This document shows positions 1 to 13,076 of a DNA stretch of 64,000 nucleotides, one piece after another. Origin of the DNA: Mobula hypostoma (Eukaryota); the NCBI RefSeq assembly GCF_963921235.1, contig NC_086097.1:35652001-35716000 (forward strand), in the 5' to 3' direction. The notes below the pieces were generated by a model. It did not search any database. It was given only the letters and a program-made list of their open reading frames with translations, and was not told where the DNA came from. The stretch's first letter is position 1, and each line of letters opens with the position of its first letter. The translations under genes were made by a program, and so were the position numbers.

Positions 1-206
1 AACAGTTGAGGCCAGTTCATTGGCTGTATTTAAGAGGGAGTTAGATATTGCCCTTGTGGCTAAAGGGATCAGAGGGTATGGAGAGAAGGCTGGTACAGGG
101 TTCTGAGTTGGATGATCAGCCATGATCGTACTGAATGGCAGTGCAGGCTCGAAGGGCAGAATGGCTTACTCCTGCACCTATTTTCTATGTTTCTATGTTT
201 CTATGC
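1..206 (+). mobile_element. CR1-type LINE 3' end
   Basis: CR1-like 3' UTR (gatcagccatgatcgtactgaatggc...ggctcgaagggc) ending in a (TTCTATGT)n microsatellite tail at about 182-206. Confidence 0.85.
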
Positions 207-1810
207 CCTGGAGACTTACCCGCCTTAATGCACATTAAGAGGCCGAACTCTTGCTCTCCCTTCTCCTCTAAGTGCCCTAACATATCTATGCACTCAGCAC
301 GGATCTCCTGGTCCTCCATATCTTTTTTTCCTTGGTAAATACTGAAGAAGAGGACTTATTAAGTATCTCACCTACATTCTCTGCATCTAAGCAAATGTTC
401 CCCCCTTTATCCTTGAGTGGTCCTACCAACTCCCAGGTTATCCTCTTACTTTTGATGTATGTATAGAATGCTTTGGGATTCACCTTGATCCAAGGACTTT
501 TCATGGCCCCTCCTGACTTTCCTAATTCCCTTCTTGAGTTCCTTTTGGGCTTCTTTATATTCCTCATGTGCTCTGTTTGAACCTGACTTCAGCAGCTTTA
601 CATACTTCTCCTTTTTCTTCTTGACTAAATTCATCACCTCTCTGGACATCCGAAGTTCTCTTATCTTTTCACCCCATCCTTCCTTCTAACAGGGACATGC
701 CTTTCCTGTGCTCTGTGCAATTGATCTTTAAACACCATCCACATGTGTGATGTGGACTTGCCAGAAAAAAAGGTGTTTCCAATTAACTCTTCTTAGTTTC
801 TGTCTAATTCCCTCATAATTTGCCCAACTCCAATTTGAAACTTTCCTACAAGGACGAGACCCATCCTTATTTATAGTTATCCTGAAAGTTAAGAAGTTGT
901 GGTCACTGTTTCCCAACTGTTCACCCGCTGAAAGGTCAGTCACCTGGCCAAGTTCATTACCCAACACCAGGTCCAATATGGCCCCTCTTCTTGTTGGATA
1001 CACTTAAAAAATTCAGCTCCATCTAAACCCCTTACACTAAGAAGGTCCCAGTTTATATGAGGGAAGTTGAAATCCCCATGACAGCAACCCTATTATTTCT
1101 ACACATTTCCTTAATCTGATTACATATCTGTACCTCAATGTCCCAGTGGCTATTAGGGGATCTGTAGTACAATCCCATTGGTGTGATTACACCCTTCCTG
1201 TTTTTGAGTTCCACCCAAAAGGACTCAGTGTCTGACCCCTCTGAATGCAGTTGTGATATTGTCCCTGATTAGTAGTGCAATTCCAGCCCCTTTTCTTTAC
1301 CTCCTTCTCTATCTTTTCTAAAATTTTGAAAACCTAGTACATTAATCACCCATTCCTGCCCCTCTCGGAATCAAGATTCAGTAATGGCTACATCATAATT
1401 CCATGTACTGATCCATGCGCTAAGTTCCTCACCCTTACCCATTCATACTCCGAGCATTAAACTATACACATTTTAAACTCTCCAACTCTTCATACCTGTT
1501 ATTTCAATTTTACCTTTCAATACCACCCCTGACGTCCACCTTCTGGTCCCATCCTTCCCTCACTGACTTGGGCCACCGGTTCAGAGCCCCCTGCAAAACT
1601 AGTTTAAGCTCTCCCGAGCAGCATCAGCAAACATCACAGCCAGGATATGGATTCCCCTCCAGTTCAGTTGCAACCCATCCCTCTTGTACGGGTCATCTCT
1701 TCCCCAGGAAAGATTCCAATGATCCAAGAACTTGAAACCCTTCCCCCTGCATCATCTCCTCAGCCACTCATTCATCCATTCTAGCACCCCATTCCTACCT
1801 GCACTAGTAA
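207..1810 (-). mobile_element. CR1 LINE fragment: end of esterase ORF1, endonuclease and linker of ORF2
   Basis: Minus-strand ORFs PTRRGAILDLVLGNE...LGNSDHN (APE C-terminus) and KVNPKAFYTYIKSKR...VGPLKD; DGLQLNWRG (ORF1 SGNH-like end) near 1640-1680. Confidence 0.85.
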
Positions 1811-1929
1811 AGAAATAAAAAGAAAGTTATTTTAAACAAAATAATCACAAATATATTCACATTTGTAATACCCTATGTGGTATATTTATGTAAAAATTAT
1901 TAAGGATTATTGTATTGCTAAAAGTATAC

Positions 1930-2080
1930 TTTCTCCTTCCCCGTCCCGATGAAGGGTCTTGGCCCGTACATTGATTGTTTACTTGTTTCCATAGATGCTG
2001 CCTGGCCTGCTGAGTTCCTCCAGCATTTTGTGTGTGTTGCTTGGATTTCCAGCATTTGCAGATTTTCTTTAGTTTGTGAT
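1930..2080 (+). mobile_element. Penelope-like element terminal repeat (pLTR) fragment with decayed hammerhead
   Basis: ccgatgaagggtcttggcccgtacattga followed by gatgctgcctggcctgctgagttcctccagc; same unit as the pLTR after the GIY-YIG ORF at 24714-25150. Confidence 0.75.
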
Positions 2081-3093
2081 TTAAATCTCTCTGTTACCGA
2101 CTGGATCTCACTTCCGTGGTGAGTGTAATGGAGAATTAAGGTGCAAATGCAGCAACCCTGAACATCACCATGATGCTAAGAAATGGCACGTTCACAATCC
2201 TAACAGGGGAGGCATGCAAATTTGCCACCAACTTAAGGCAATTCATTTTTCATGGGTTTTGATAGCTGATTAATATTTTAATAATAGTTTGTGTGATTCA
2301 GACACCATTATTTATTCAGCTAAATCTAACCTGCAGTGACTAAGAGATGCCAATTGGAATAAAACAAGGAGAAAACATAATTTATCTCCACTCTAGTGGT
2401 GATTCTTACTAAATGGGAGCAAAGGACGGTTGGGGCCAGGAAAGAAATAATATTTGATTGAGTTATACTAAAATTCTAGAAGAATTCTTTGTGAGGTTAT
2501 AGAGTCCTAGAGTTATTGACCCTTTGGCCCAACTCATCAGTCCTGACCGTGATGCCTATTTAAGGTAATTCCACTTGCCCACATGAGGCCTCTATCCATC
2601 AATATTCTTCCAGCCCAAGTGTCTTTTAAATGCTGCAGCTGAATTTGCATTTACCTTTTCTCTGGCAGTTATTTCCATATAACCACTACCCTCTGGGAGA
2701 AAAATACACCACTCAGATCTCCTTGCCCTTTATTTGATTTCATATTTATCTTTCTTTCAGCAAAAGTATTGTGGAATATGGCCTACACAGTAAGTGCTCC
2801 CCTAAGATTATCTGTACATGGTTCTCCGTGCATTCTGCAGTTTGCTGATATCCTCAACCCAGTTTCTATGGCAGAAAGTTAATATTTACACACTGAAGTA
2901 AGAGTCTGAACAGCTTCCAGGGTAAAATGCTGTCCAGTTAAACAATAGCTTCTGCAGTAATTTAGCAGCCTAATTATGCGACCAAATTATGATGAATCCT
3001 TGAAGAAACATTCATTTGTCTTAATATAGTAACCATTTGTATATTAGAGGATGAATATGCTACTAACTCTGGTATTGTACTAATATTAACTAT

Positions 3094-3225
3094 TGGATGG
3101 TAGGGGTATGGAGGGCTATGCTCCCAATACAGATTGATGGGAGTAGGCAGTTTAAATGGTTCAGCGTGGACTTGATAAGCCAAAGGGCCTGTTTCTGTGC
3201 TGTACTTTTCTATGACTCTCTGACT
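3094..3225 (+). mobile_element. CR1 3' tip
   Basis: gggcctgtttctgtgctgtac...tatgactctctgactct tail. Confidence 0.7.
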
Positions 3226-3354
3226 CTTGTATGGAAATAGGTGGGTAGATGGATTATTTGGTTCATTCAGCTGGAGAGACTTGTCCTGCACTGTATTTCT
3301 CAATAAATAAATAAATATCAACATGTATCTATGAATTGTGAATGCATCTTGAAC

Positions 3355-3765
3355 AACAGTTTCTCTAACTTCAGGTAATTTCTCCTCTCACCCGTTCTTT
3401 GTTTTTCCATTCCTCATTCTCATTCCCCTCTTACCTGGTCTCTTCTCCTTACTTACCCTCTGGTGCCCCTCCTCCTTCCCTTCTCCCATGGTCCACTGTC
3501 TTTTCCTAGCTGATACCTTTTTCTTCAGCCCTTACCTCTTCCATTTTCTTATTTTGTCCCCCTCCTCCACCCACTCACCTTCCCATCACCTGGTTTCACC
3601 TGTCTCCTGCCAGCTTGAACTCCTCTCTACGTTCTTATTCTGGCTTTTCCTTCCTTCCTTTCCATTCCTGATGAAGGGCCTCAGCCTAAAATGTTGATTG
3701 TTTATTCCCCTCCAAAGGTGCTGACTGACCTGCTGAGTTCCTCCAGTACTTAGTGTGTGTTGCTC
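3355..3765 (+). mobile_element. Penelope-like pLTR
   Basis: Pyrimidine-rich 3' region, then cctgatgaagggcctcagcctaaaatgttga and gctgagttcctccag; tgtgaatg on both flanks. Confidence 0.75.
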
Positions 3766-3894
3766 TGTGAATGTTGCTTTTTGATTGAATAAATTGATTA
3801 TTGGAATGTAGGGATTATACTTTGAAGAATTGTTGGGTAGAAATATTCTTATTGAAATAGATGTAGTACAGAAATTAGTTGAAACTGAAGTGGC

Positions 3895-4180
3895 AGTGAT
3901 TGCTGAACTTGGCAATTAGTTTGCAGGCATCTCATCACCTGTGAAGGTGATTGACTCAGTGCACAGTTGTTGGTGTTTCTCTCTGGAAGGGCCTGCATTT
4001 ATATGGGTCCCCATTCACTTGTCTCCATCCTGATTGGCTGCTTCTTCAATTGACTTTCAATTCTATTGGCCTGCGTCTCTTTGGTTCTTAAAAGTGTCTA
4101 TTTTGATATGTTTGTTTATGGAGTTATCAGAAGAGAACCAAAATTCTAAAAATTCTCGAGACTGATTTGTGCTTGCACTA
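3895..4180 (-). mobile_element. Second Penelope-like family (Poseidon-like), GIY-YIG C-terminus plus 3' repeat
   Basis: Minus strand translates ASTNQSREFLEFWFSSDNSINKHIK (REFLE-W...SIN motif); decayed hammerhead-like ctgag-tcaatcacc-ttcaca-ggtgat-gagatgcc near 3925-3960. Confidence 0.6.
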
Positions 4181-4619
4181 CCATCCTAAATTAGTTGAAG
4201 CTGCTTCTCTTTTAGGGTTGTGGCACTCCTCTCAAAGGAAGTAGAAATCTTGCCATATTAAGGCAGAGGTAGATGATTGATAAGATGATAAAAGATGTTC
4301 CTAATTCATTTACTTCTACAGAATTAAAACAATAAATCCTGAAAATAGTCAGCAGGTCAGGTAGCATTCATAGAGAGAGAAACTAGATTTAATGTTTCTG
4401 GCCAAATACCCTTCAACAAAGGAAAATCAAGAAAAATAAACAGGGAAAGTTTGTCACGCAGCAGAAATTAGGAGAGGTCAAATGGAAGGAAGGAGCAAGG
4501 CAAAAGGACATGTAATGGGACAGGTAAAGAAAAAGAATGAAAGGGACCATAAGAGACTAAAATGGGGATAGCAGATTGTTCTTGGGATTTGGATATCACT
4601 GGCAAAACCAGCACTTTCT

Positions 4620-4790
4620 GAGTCACAAGAGATTGCAAATGCTTGAATCTGGAGCAACAAACAATATGCAGGAGGAACTCAGCAGGGCGAGCAGTATCTG
4701 AGGGGGAAAAAGAGTTCTTTCCATTGATAATTCTTTCCCCCAAAGATGCTGCTCGATCCACTGAGTTCTCTCAACAGATGATTTGTGCGC
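4620..4790. mobile_element. Palindromic element made of two inverted pLTR ends
   Basis: ggaggaactcagcagggcgagcagtatct ... agatgctgctcgatccactgagttctc form imperfect inverted arms. Confidence 0.6.
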
Positions 4791-5769
4791 CAACATTTAC
4801 TGAATGCCCTCTTTTACTGATAGAATTACTGATACCTGCTGGATGATAATTTAGAAGTAAACCTAACAGCCTGCTAATTTTGAGGGAGAAAAAACAAAAA
4901 AAACGTAGAAAAACAAGATTTCATTATCTGATGTCAGATTGCAATCTATTTGCACAGCTTGACAAAGGCAGATATTTTGGTGCTACTTTTTGATTAATTA
5001 AAAGAAATTGGGGAGGTTTTATCAGGCAATTAAAATTGAATTTCCGTCTCATGGGTCACAAAAGATCTCAGCGTTGAGCCACAGAAAGAGGATGGGTGGG
5101 GTAGCATTACAAGTCATTCTTTCTGCAGACGCAGGCAGACACAGTAAACTATCTGGAAGGGTGGGTGCTGGGGCTGGAAATCATTTTAAATACAAAATGT
5201 GAAACTTCTTGGACTATGAATACAGTGGCCGTAGGCCAATTCAAAGTTCAATTGGTTCAATGTATCCCGTTAGAAAATGTTTCTCTGATGTATTACACTG
5301 TGAAACCATTATTCATTCATTCCTGCTAAGGCATTTTGATGATCTAGTCTTCATAGCTGACAATTTTCATAATATTAACCATGGCAATAATTGAATTCAC
5401 AAAAAGAATTTGGGGAGCAGGGAGCCATTGAAAGACAATGTCTAGAAGGTTTTGACAGTACATGTTAATGAGTATCAGCAGGAGATTGAATCATCTCATA
5501 TGGCCGCATAAAGGTGGTTAGCTAGTGATTGTTGCTGCCAAAGAAACTAATTTGCCACGACTACACCCTGAGGACCAAAGGCACCAGAGAGACATTCAAT
5601 GCCACATTAAACTCAAATGTTTTTTAGATATCTGATGCAACCATTAAAAACAAACTGAAAGCATGATCATACTAAGGAAGCATCTAATGACCACTTTAAG
5701 GCTAAGGCACAGGTCTGTTCTATTCAGGGTTTTCTGATGTGGATGTAGCCAAGTAATTGAAGAGTGCAA

Positions 5770-6400
5770 GAAATAGAGCAATAGGCCCGGCAACCATTCA
5801 GATCTGCTCTGCCATTCATTAAGATCGTGACTATACTTCTATCAGCACAATTCTCCAGTGCTATCCATTTATCCACTGACTCCCCTAATGCCCAGAAAGC
5901 TAATCTCCCTGCTCATAACTTCAATCTTCCAAGCAATGAAGACCAACATTTCATTTACCTTTTGATAACCTGTTGCACCTGCAAACCAAGCTTTTGCAAT
6001 GCACGTATCAGCATTCCAAAGTCCCTCTGTACAACAGGATGCTGCAATCTTTCACCATCTAAATAATAATCTGACCTTCTACTTTTCCTTCCAAAGTAAT
6101 TGATTTCACATTTCCCAACATTATGCTTCATCTGCTGGAACCTTGCCCAATCACCACCACTATGCCTCTCAGCTTCTTCTGCACAATTTGCCTTTCCACT
6201 CGATTTAGTGTCATCAGCTAACTTAAATACGCTATGCTTAGACCCCCTTCCAAATTGCTAATGTATATTGTGAACAGTTGAGTGTCTGGCACTGACCCCC
6301 TTGGCATCCCACTCACCACTGATTGCCAACCAGATAAACACTGATTTATCCCAACTCTGCTTTCTCCTCTATCCATGCCAATACAGTATCCCCAACTCCA
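5770..6400 (-). mobile_element. Degenerate CR1 RT/3' fragment
   Basis: ORF remnant RVGINQCLSGWQSVVSGMPRGSV...LFTIYISNLE (CR1 RT). Confidence 0.75.
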
Positions 6401-6689
6401 GCTCTGCAGTCCTCTGTAATAAAGATATCCTGTTTTAGAAGAATAAAATTCTTCCAAAGCTTAAAGAATGCAGTGCCAGTCTACTCCTTCTCCTCTGATA
6501 GAGCAAACCTGCAATCACTGGAAGCACGTAACCAACACCACATTTCCTCTATGACAAGTACACCATTTCTTAGGTAACGAGAAAAATCTGCATGCTGATG
6601 CGTTCTCAGCAAGGCCCAATAAGAAAAATCATTTAGTTTGAGCAAGGTGTCCTCATATAGGAAATGCCAACAAATCATTTGCTCTCCTA

Positions 6690-7130
6690 ACCTCTTGATG
6701 AACCTGCAGAATCACCTTTGAGTGTACAAGGACACCCAAGTCCCACTCAACAGCAGCACCCTTCAATCCTTCACCATTTATCGTTCATTCTTTTCTATCA
6801 AAGTAGATAACTCCCGTATAATTTTCCATCTGTTAAGTCCTCGCCCTGTACTTAGCCCATCTACAACTGCCTGACATCACTATATATATATCTTCTTCAC
6901 AGCCTAGAGTGCCATCTGGCTCTGCACTGCAAATAAATCTGGATATAATACAGATGACCCTCTCACCTGAATCATTGATATAAATTGTTAACAGCTGAAG
7001 CCTCAGCACCATTCTCCAATCTCCATAGAATTCCAGCCCCATTCTTACCCTCTGTTTACTGACCTTTAACCAACAGTCACTCCACACGAGCATTTTACCA
7101 CCGAATGCATGCTTTCTATCAACCTGCTTT
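6690..7130 (-). mobile_element. Degenerate CR1 RT fragment
   Basis: KQRVRM...LLTIYINDS...IISRF remnant. Confidence 0.65.
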
Positions 7131-7164
7131 TCAATACTCTGGCATATTGCTCATCAACTTTAGC

Positions 7165-8280
7165 TCAAAGTTCAAAGTAAAATTTATTATCAGAATACAT
7201 ACGTGACACCATATACAGCCCTGAGATTCTTTTTCCTGTGGACATGCTCAGCAAATCTATAGAACAGTGACTGTAAATAGGATGAATGATAGAGCAAGAG
7301 CACAGAAGCCAACAAACTGTTGAAATGCAGCTATAAATAAACAGCAATAAATAACGGGAGCATGAAATAGCAAGACAAAGAGTCCTTAAAGCGAGATCAT
7401 TGGTTGTGGGAACACTAGAAATAGAATGAGTGTTGGCTGATGGTTGAGGGGTAATAACTGTTCTTGAATCTGCTGGTATGAGTCCTGAGGCTCTTGTACC
7501 TTCTACCTGATGGCAGCAATGAGAATAGAGCCTGGCCTAGTGGTGAGGATCTTTGATGATGGATGCTGCTTTTCTACTACAATGTTTCATGTAGATGTGC
7601 TCAATGGTTGGGAGGGCTTTACCTATAATATACTAGGCCGAATCCACTACCTTTTGTGGGATTTTCTGCTCAAAGGCATTGGTATTCCCATACCAAGCCA
7701 TAATGCAGCCAGTCAATACACTTTCCATCACACATCTATAGAAATTTGTCAAGAGTTTTGATGATATGTGAATATCCACAGACTCCTGAGGAAGTAGAGG
7801 CACTGTTCTGCTTTCTTTGCAATTGTATTTATACGATGGGTCCAGGACAAGTCCTCTGAGATAGTGACACACAGGAATTTAAAGTCACTGACCCTCTCCA
7901 CCTCTGATCTTCCAATGATTACTGGCTCATGGACCTCTGGTATCCCTTTCCTGAAGTCTACAATCAGTTCCTTGGTCTTGCTGACATTGAGTGAGAAGTC
8001 GTTGTTATGACACCACTCGGCCAGATTTTCAATCTCTCTCCTGTATGCTGATTCATCACCACCTTTGAAATGGCCCACAACAGTGATGTCATCAGCAAAC
8101 TTCAATATGTCATTAAAGCTGTGCGTAGCCACACAACATAAGTGTAAAGCGAGTAGAGCAGGGTCTAAGCACTCCGCCCTGTGATACACTTGTGCCGATG
8201 AAGATCGTGGAGGAGATGTTTCTGCTGATCTGAACTGACTGGGGTCTGCGAGTGAGGAAATCCGGGATCCAATTGCTCAC
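7165..8280 (-). mobile_element. Rex1/Babar LINE, 5'-truncated
   Basis: KFADDITVVG...AYRREIENLAEWC...LNVSKTKELIVDFRK; 3' tail aataaattttactttgaactttga. Confidence 0.9.
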
Positions 8281-8282
8281 GT

Positions 8283-9358
8283 GATCATCCCTGGTGGGTA
8301 AACTGTCCTTGTTGGGACTCAGCACCCCTCTCTGTAAACGGATCTCGAACTTGATGGAAACCCCCCAGTCAGTCTGTTTGGCAGCAATATCTCAAACTCA
8401 GTCACGCTGAGCAGTGGTGCCCTCCCAGACTGTGTGCTCAGCCCGCTTCTGTTCATGCTACTGACCCACAACTGCACTGCCAGATCCAGCTCAAAGATTC
8501 AGCTACAATCGGCAATATAGAGAGGAGGTACAGAGGCTTGTCAAATGGTGTGAGAACAACAACCTGACTCTCAACGTGGACAAGACAAAAGGGATGACTG
8601 TGGACTTCAGGAAGGCACAGGGCAAACACTCTCCCTTGCACATCAATGGCTCTGCCGTGGAGAGAGTGAACAGCACAAAGTACCTTGGTGTGCACATAAT
8701 GGACAATATAACCTGGACACACAACACCACCCTAGTCATGAAGGTACAGCAGCATCTACATCTTTTGAGGAGAATGAGGTGTACAAGTCTCCCTGCTCCC
8801 ATTCTAACAACTTTCTGCAGGAGCACCATCAAGAGTGTCCTGTCTGGCTGCATCTTTGTGTGGTACAGAAGCTGCAAGGCGTTGGACAGCAAAACCTGCA
8901 GAGGATCGTAAAAACCCTCAAGATGATCACCAGGGTCTCCCCCTATTTGTGACACTTACTGGGAGTGTTGTATGCAAAGGGCCCAAAGCATTGTTGAGGA
9001 TCCCTACCTCCCACAAGCTTGTGGAGCCACTACCATCAGGAAAGAGGTACAGGTGCAGCAGGGCCAGGACCTCCAGACTGGATAACAGCTTCTTCTCCCA
9101 GGCTGTGAGACTAAAGAGTACCCCACCACCATCGAGGACTTGTCACTAGGACAGCGAGCTGTTGATTGTTTACTGTACTGTATACTGTTCACCTGTGCTG
9201 CGCTCTTCACATGCATTTTGAATGCTATTTTATTAACGTAATTGTGGTAATATTTTGTTTATGTGTTGTGTGTGATATATGAACTGTGGGTGCATAGTGG
9301 TCCAGAGGAACATTGTTTTGTTTCGTTGTACAGTCAGATGACAATAAACTTGAACTTG
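8283..9358 (+). mobile_element. Rex1/Babar LINE, 5'-truncated
   Basis: DKTKGMTVDFRK...LHINGSAVERVNSTKYLGVHI...PLPSGKRYR; tail aataaacttgaacttg. Confidence 0.9.
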
Positions 9359-10126
9359 TACAGTTCTTGAATATCACGTGAATTTCAGGATTACTCATAA
9401 ACATTTGAAGCCACTGACCCATCTGACAACTAGCTAAACCTAAAGGAATTGCTTAGTTAGTTCTCAAAGGTTTTCAAAGCAGATTCGCGAGTATCATTTG
9501 TTTTGGCCTGTGCCCACCCACTCAATCACTAACATTATCTTTGTGTAATTGCTGAAGGGGCTTCTTGTTATGAGCTGGCTTGTTTGACATTGAATTTGCA
9601 AAGGTTGAATAATGCCATGCACTTTAAATTAAATTAAATTAAATTATATTGCCTGAGTTTTTATAATGCATCAACTTAGACAGTTGAAGCAGTCTGAGTA
9701 TTCTCATTAGATTGTACTTTGTGGAATCTAATATCAATTAGCAAGACTGTAATAGTTCTCTGTGAAGTAAAATTTGGACAATGGTAGTGAAGTTTGCATT
9801 TCCATCTGACCTCTATACCAAGACTTCCTATTGACATACGTACCTGTAATTAGTACCAATTTGCCAATGTCACTGTAACAGCTTCAGTGAAAGGCAGTTT
9901 AGAAAGCAGCAGAGCCAGTCAAATGTAACAACACCTAATGATGCTCTTCTTGGATTACAGTTTGAGGAAACAGTCTATTAAGTACAGAAGGATCTGTGTA
10001 ATCATATAGGAGTGAGAATTTTAGAATGTGATACTACCTAGGGATGGCTGACTGTTGACTTAGCCAAAATTGTATTCTTTTCAAAAAGCATATTCAATTG
10101 ATGTAACACACTTTTCAAACGCTCAG

Positions 10127-10420
10127 GAAGACCACGACCTTATTGTGGTTTGGAGGCTTGCATGTCTCAATGACCCGGAGGTCTACCATATGCTGGCTGG
10201 AGTCAGGACTTCATGCTTTGGCTCTTGGTAGGGTCACCCATGCCAAGCAGGTTAAGGGTAGAGGCCAGACTAACAGTGGTCCACCGGTCCTCCAGTTTTG
10301 GGAGTTCAGATCAGGGCGAACATCCCTGACGAGAAAAACAAAATTACTACAAAAAAACAGCAATGAAGGATCCTAGAGGGCCCTTTGCTGCAGCCTTACA
10401 TGACAGCGGCATAACAGGCT
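10127..10420 (+). mobile_element. Bipartite non-autonomous RTE-derived element (5' UTR joined to 3' tip)
   Basis: ccttattgtggtttggaggcttgc...ggtagggtcacccatgcc resembles RTE/Expander-type 5' UTRs; ends in tgctgcagccttacatgacagcggcataacaggc (RTE-like 3' tip). Confidence 0.55.
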
Positions 10421-10549
10421 TTTGAAACATTTCTAAAATGTTATTCTTGCAAGTTCTATTTCTAAGGAAAACACACTCTATGTCTCATTCACATCTGTAA
10501 CATTAATAAACCCAAATAATGGGGTTTGTGTGCATTCTGACATTCTGAT

Positions 10550-10551
<2 letters not shown>

Positions 10552-10588
<37 letters not shown>
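10552..10588. repeat. (TG)n microsatellite
   Basis: Directly visible. Confidence 0.97.
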
Positions 10589-10590
<2 letters not shown>

Positions 10591-10609
10591 AATAAAGAAA
10601 AAGATGGGA

Positions 10610-10970
10610 AAAGGAGAGAGAGGGAGAGAGGGAGGGAGAGAGAGGGAGAGGGAGGGAGAGAGGGAGGGAGAGAGGGAGAGAGGGAGAGAGAGAGGGAGGG
10701 AGGGAGAGAGAGAGGGAGAGAGGGAGGGAGAGAGGGAGAGAGGGAGGGAGAGAGGGAGGGAGAGAGGGAGAGAGAGAGGGAGAGAGGGGAGAGAGTGAGC
10801 AGGAGAGAGAGAGGGAGGGAGAGAGAGGGAGAGAGGGAGGGAGAGAGAGGGAGAGAGGGAGGGAGAGAGAGAGGGAGAGAGGGAGGGAGAGAGAGAGAGG
10901 GAGAGAGGGAGAGAGGGGAGAGAGTGAGCAGGAGAGAGAGAGGGAGGGAGAGAGAAGGGGGAGAGAGGAA
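10610..10970. repeat. Compound (GA)/(GGGA) polypurine tract
   Basis: Directly visible; the interrupting unit gagagtgagcaggagagaga occurs twice. Confidence 0.95.
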
Positions 10971-11724
10971 AGTAATTAACAATTATTAATAATGTCAATT
11001 TTATTATGGAACATGGCATTATTTGGATAGATATTGAGAATCACCAATCATTTAAAATGTAACCTTTCAGATTTAGTAGGCTCCTTTTGATCCTTTTGTG
11101 ATGCTAACAGTCTTTTTAACGACACTGGCCATTCATAACTGTGCCATTAAATTAATTAGAATAATGTGATTTGCATCCACAATGCTCAATATGTCACAAA
11201 ATCGAGATCACAGAAGTTCAGGAAAGGCTTTTGTGATTTAGTCCACAAAAGCCTTTCAGCAACTGACTTTATTAATGACAGAGATTAGCAGTATATCTGT
11301 CCCTCAGCTGCAACAATGCCATCCAAACAATGTGAACAAAAACATTTACTGTCTACCAATTAGATCTCAAAACAGCAGGAATTAGCACATTATACTAACA
11401 TTTGCTCAAATCCCAACCACAAAACCAAACTGACAAATAGTTTCAATACCAGTGAAATTTAAAGGTACATCTGCTTCTATGTCATGTGAAAATAATTATT
11501 TATACAGAGTTCAATGGAGCACAAAGCAAAACTGTAGGAAGACCTACTATTAATTGACTTGAAGTGAAGGAAATAATCTGGAAATCATTACAGGCCAGTG
11601 AGCACAGAACTTTGATAAATGGGATCCGGCGTGTCCTTGGATACAGGCTGCAGAGGCTTCAATGAACTCAGATTTTAAAAAGGGTGCAAGATGGGAACAG
11701 ACAAGGAAAAGTCTGGGATTCTCT

Positions 11725-12345
11725 TGACCACTCGTCCCTCCCCACTGATCTCACACCTGGTACTTACACCTGCTAAGCGAGACAGCTGCTACACCTGCCT
11801 GTATACACTTGCTCTTTCACAAACATTCAGAGCCTCAAGCAGTCATTCCAGATGAGGTGACAATTCACCTGCAAGTCTGTCACGGGCTTCAACTGTATTT
11901 AGTGTTCCACGTGCAGCCTCCTGTACATCAATCAGACCCGACAAAGATATAGAGACCATTTTGTCAAACACCTGCACTCGGTCTGTCACAAAGGGTGGAA
12001 ATTCCCTATTTCAATTTGAATTCACATTCCCATTCTGACATGTTGGTCCATGTCCTCCACCACTGCCACAGTGAAGCCACACTCAGGTTGAAGGAGCAAC
12101 ACCTTATCTCCCTTCAGGCTAACCCCCAACCTGATGGCATGTTCCATAATGTCTCCATTCATTCTTTTTCCATTTGCCATTCACCATCTCCTTCTTACAT
12201 CCTCTCTTCACCTCACCCGGCCATCACCACCCTCCTGTTTCCGTTTCTTCCATGGTCCATTGTCCTAGCAGATACCTCCTTCTTTAACCCTTATCTTCTT
12301 CCATCTTCTTACTTACTTCATCCCCCTCCCCTTCCCATTCTCCTT
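11725..12345 (+). mobile_element. Penelope-like element, decayed GIY-YIG domain plus start of 3' repeat
   Basis: FNLNSHSHSDMLVHVLHHCHSEATLRLKEQHLI...QPDGM matches the ORF at 24466-24714. Confidence 0.8.
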
Positions 12346-12756
12346 CACACATAACTGCACGGCTAAATGTCCAAGTGATCACATTGTCAAATTCACCCAT
12401 GGCAGGACAGTGGTATGGCTCATCACCAGCAATGATGAGACAGCCTACAGAGAGGAGGTGGTAGAGCTCGAGGCCTGGAGCCAGGCAAATGACCTCTTAC
12501 TCAATGTAAACAAGACAAAGGAGACAGCTATCAACTTCAGGAGGGCTCCCACCACTCACACTCCTCTTTACATCGGTGGCACAGCAGTGTCAAACTCATA
12601 GGAGCGCCCATCTCATGGTCCAAGAACACATTCCACACAATTATGAGAGCTCACCGTTGCCTCTGCTTGCTGAAGAGTGCTGGAATGTTCCCATCTACAG
12701 TCATGTCCTTCTACGGATGCATAGTAGAGAGCATCCTAACATGCTGCATCACTGCA
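12346..12756 (+). mobile_element. Rex1/Babar LINE, left part (continues at 17081)
   Basis: NDETAYREEVVELEAW...LNVNKTKETAINFRR; breaks at tgctgcatcactgc. Confidence 0.85.
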
Positions 12757-13076
12757 TAGTCATAGAGCAATAGGAAAGTACAGCATAAAACAGGCCCTTC
12801 AGTCCATCTAGTCTATGCTGAGCCATTTAAACTGCCTACCACCATCGATCTGCACAGGGACCATGCCCTCCATACCTCTACCATTCACGTACCTATCTAA
12901 ACTTCTCTTCAACATTGAAATCAAATCTGTGCTGGCAGCTTATTCCACAATTTCACAACCCTCTGAGTGAAGAGGTTTCCCCTCATGTTCCCCTTAAATC
13001 TCTCACCTTTCACCATTAACCCATGACCTCTAGTTGTAGTACCACCTAACCTCAGTGGAAAAGCCTGCTTGCATTT

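Noticed and set aside
10489..11019. Long ORFs rich in S/L/P or E/R/G
   Set aside because: Translations of the (GA)n and (TG)n simple repeats
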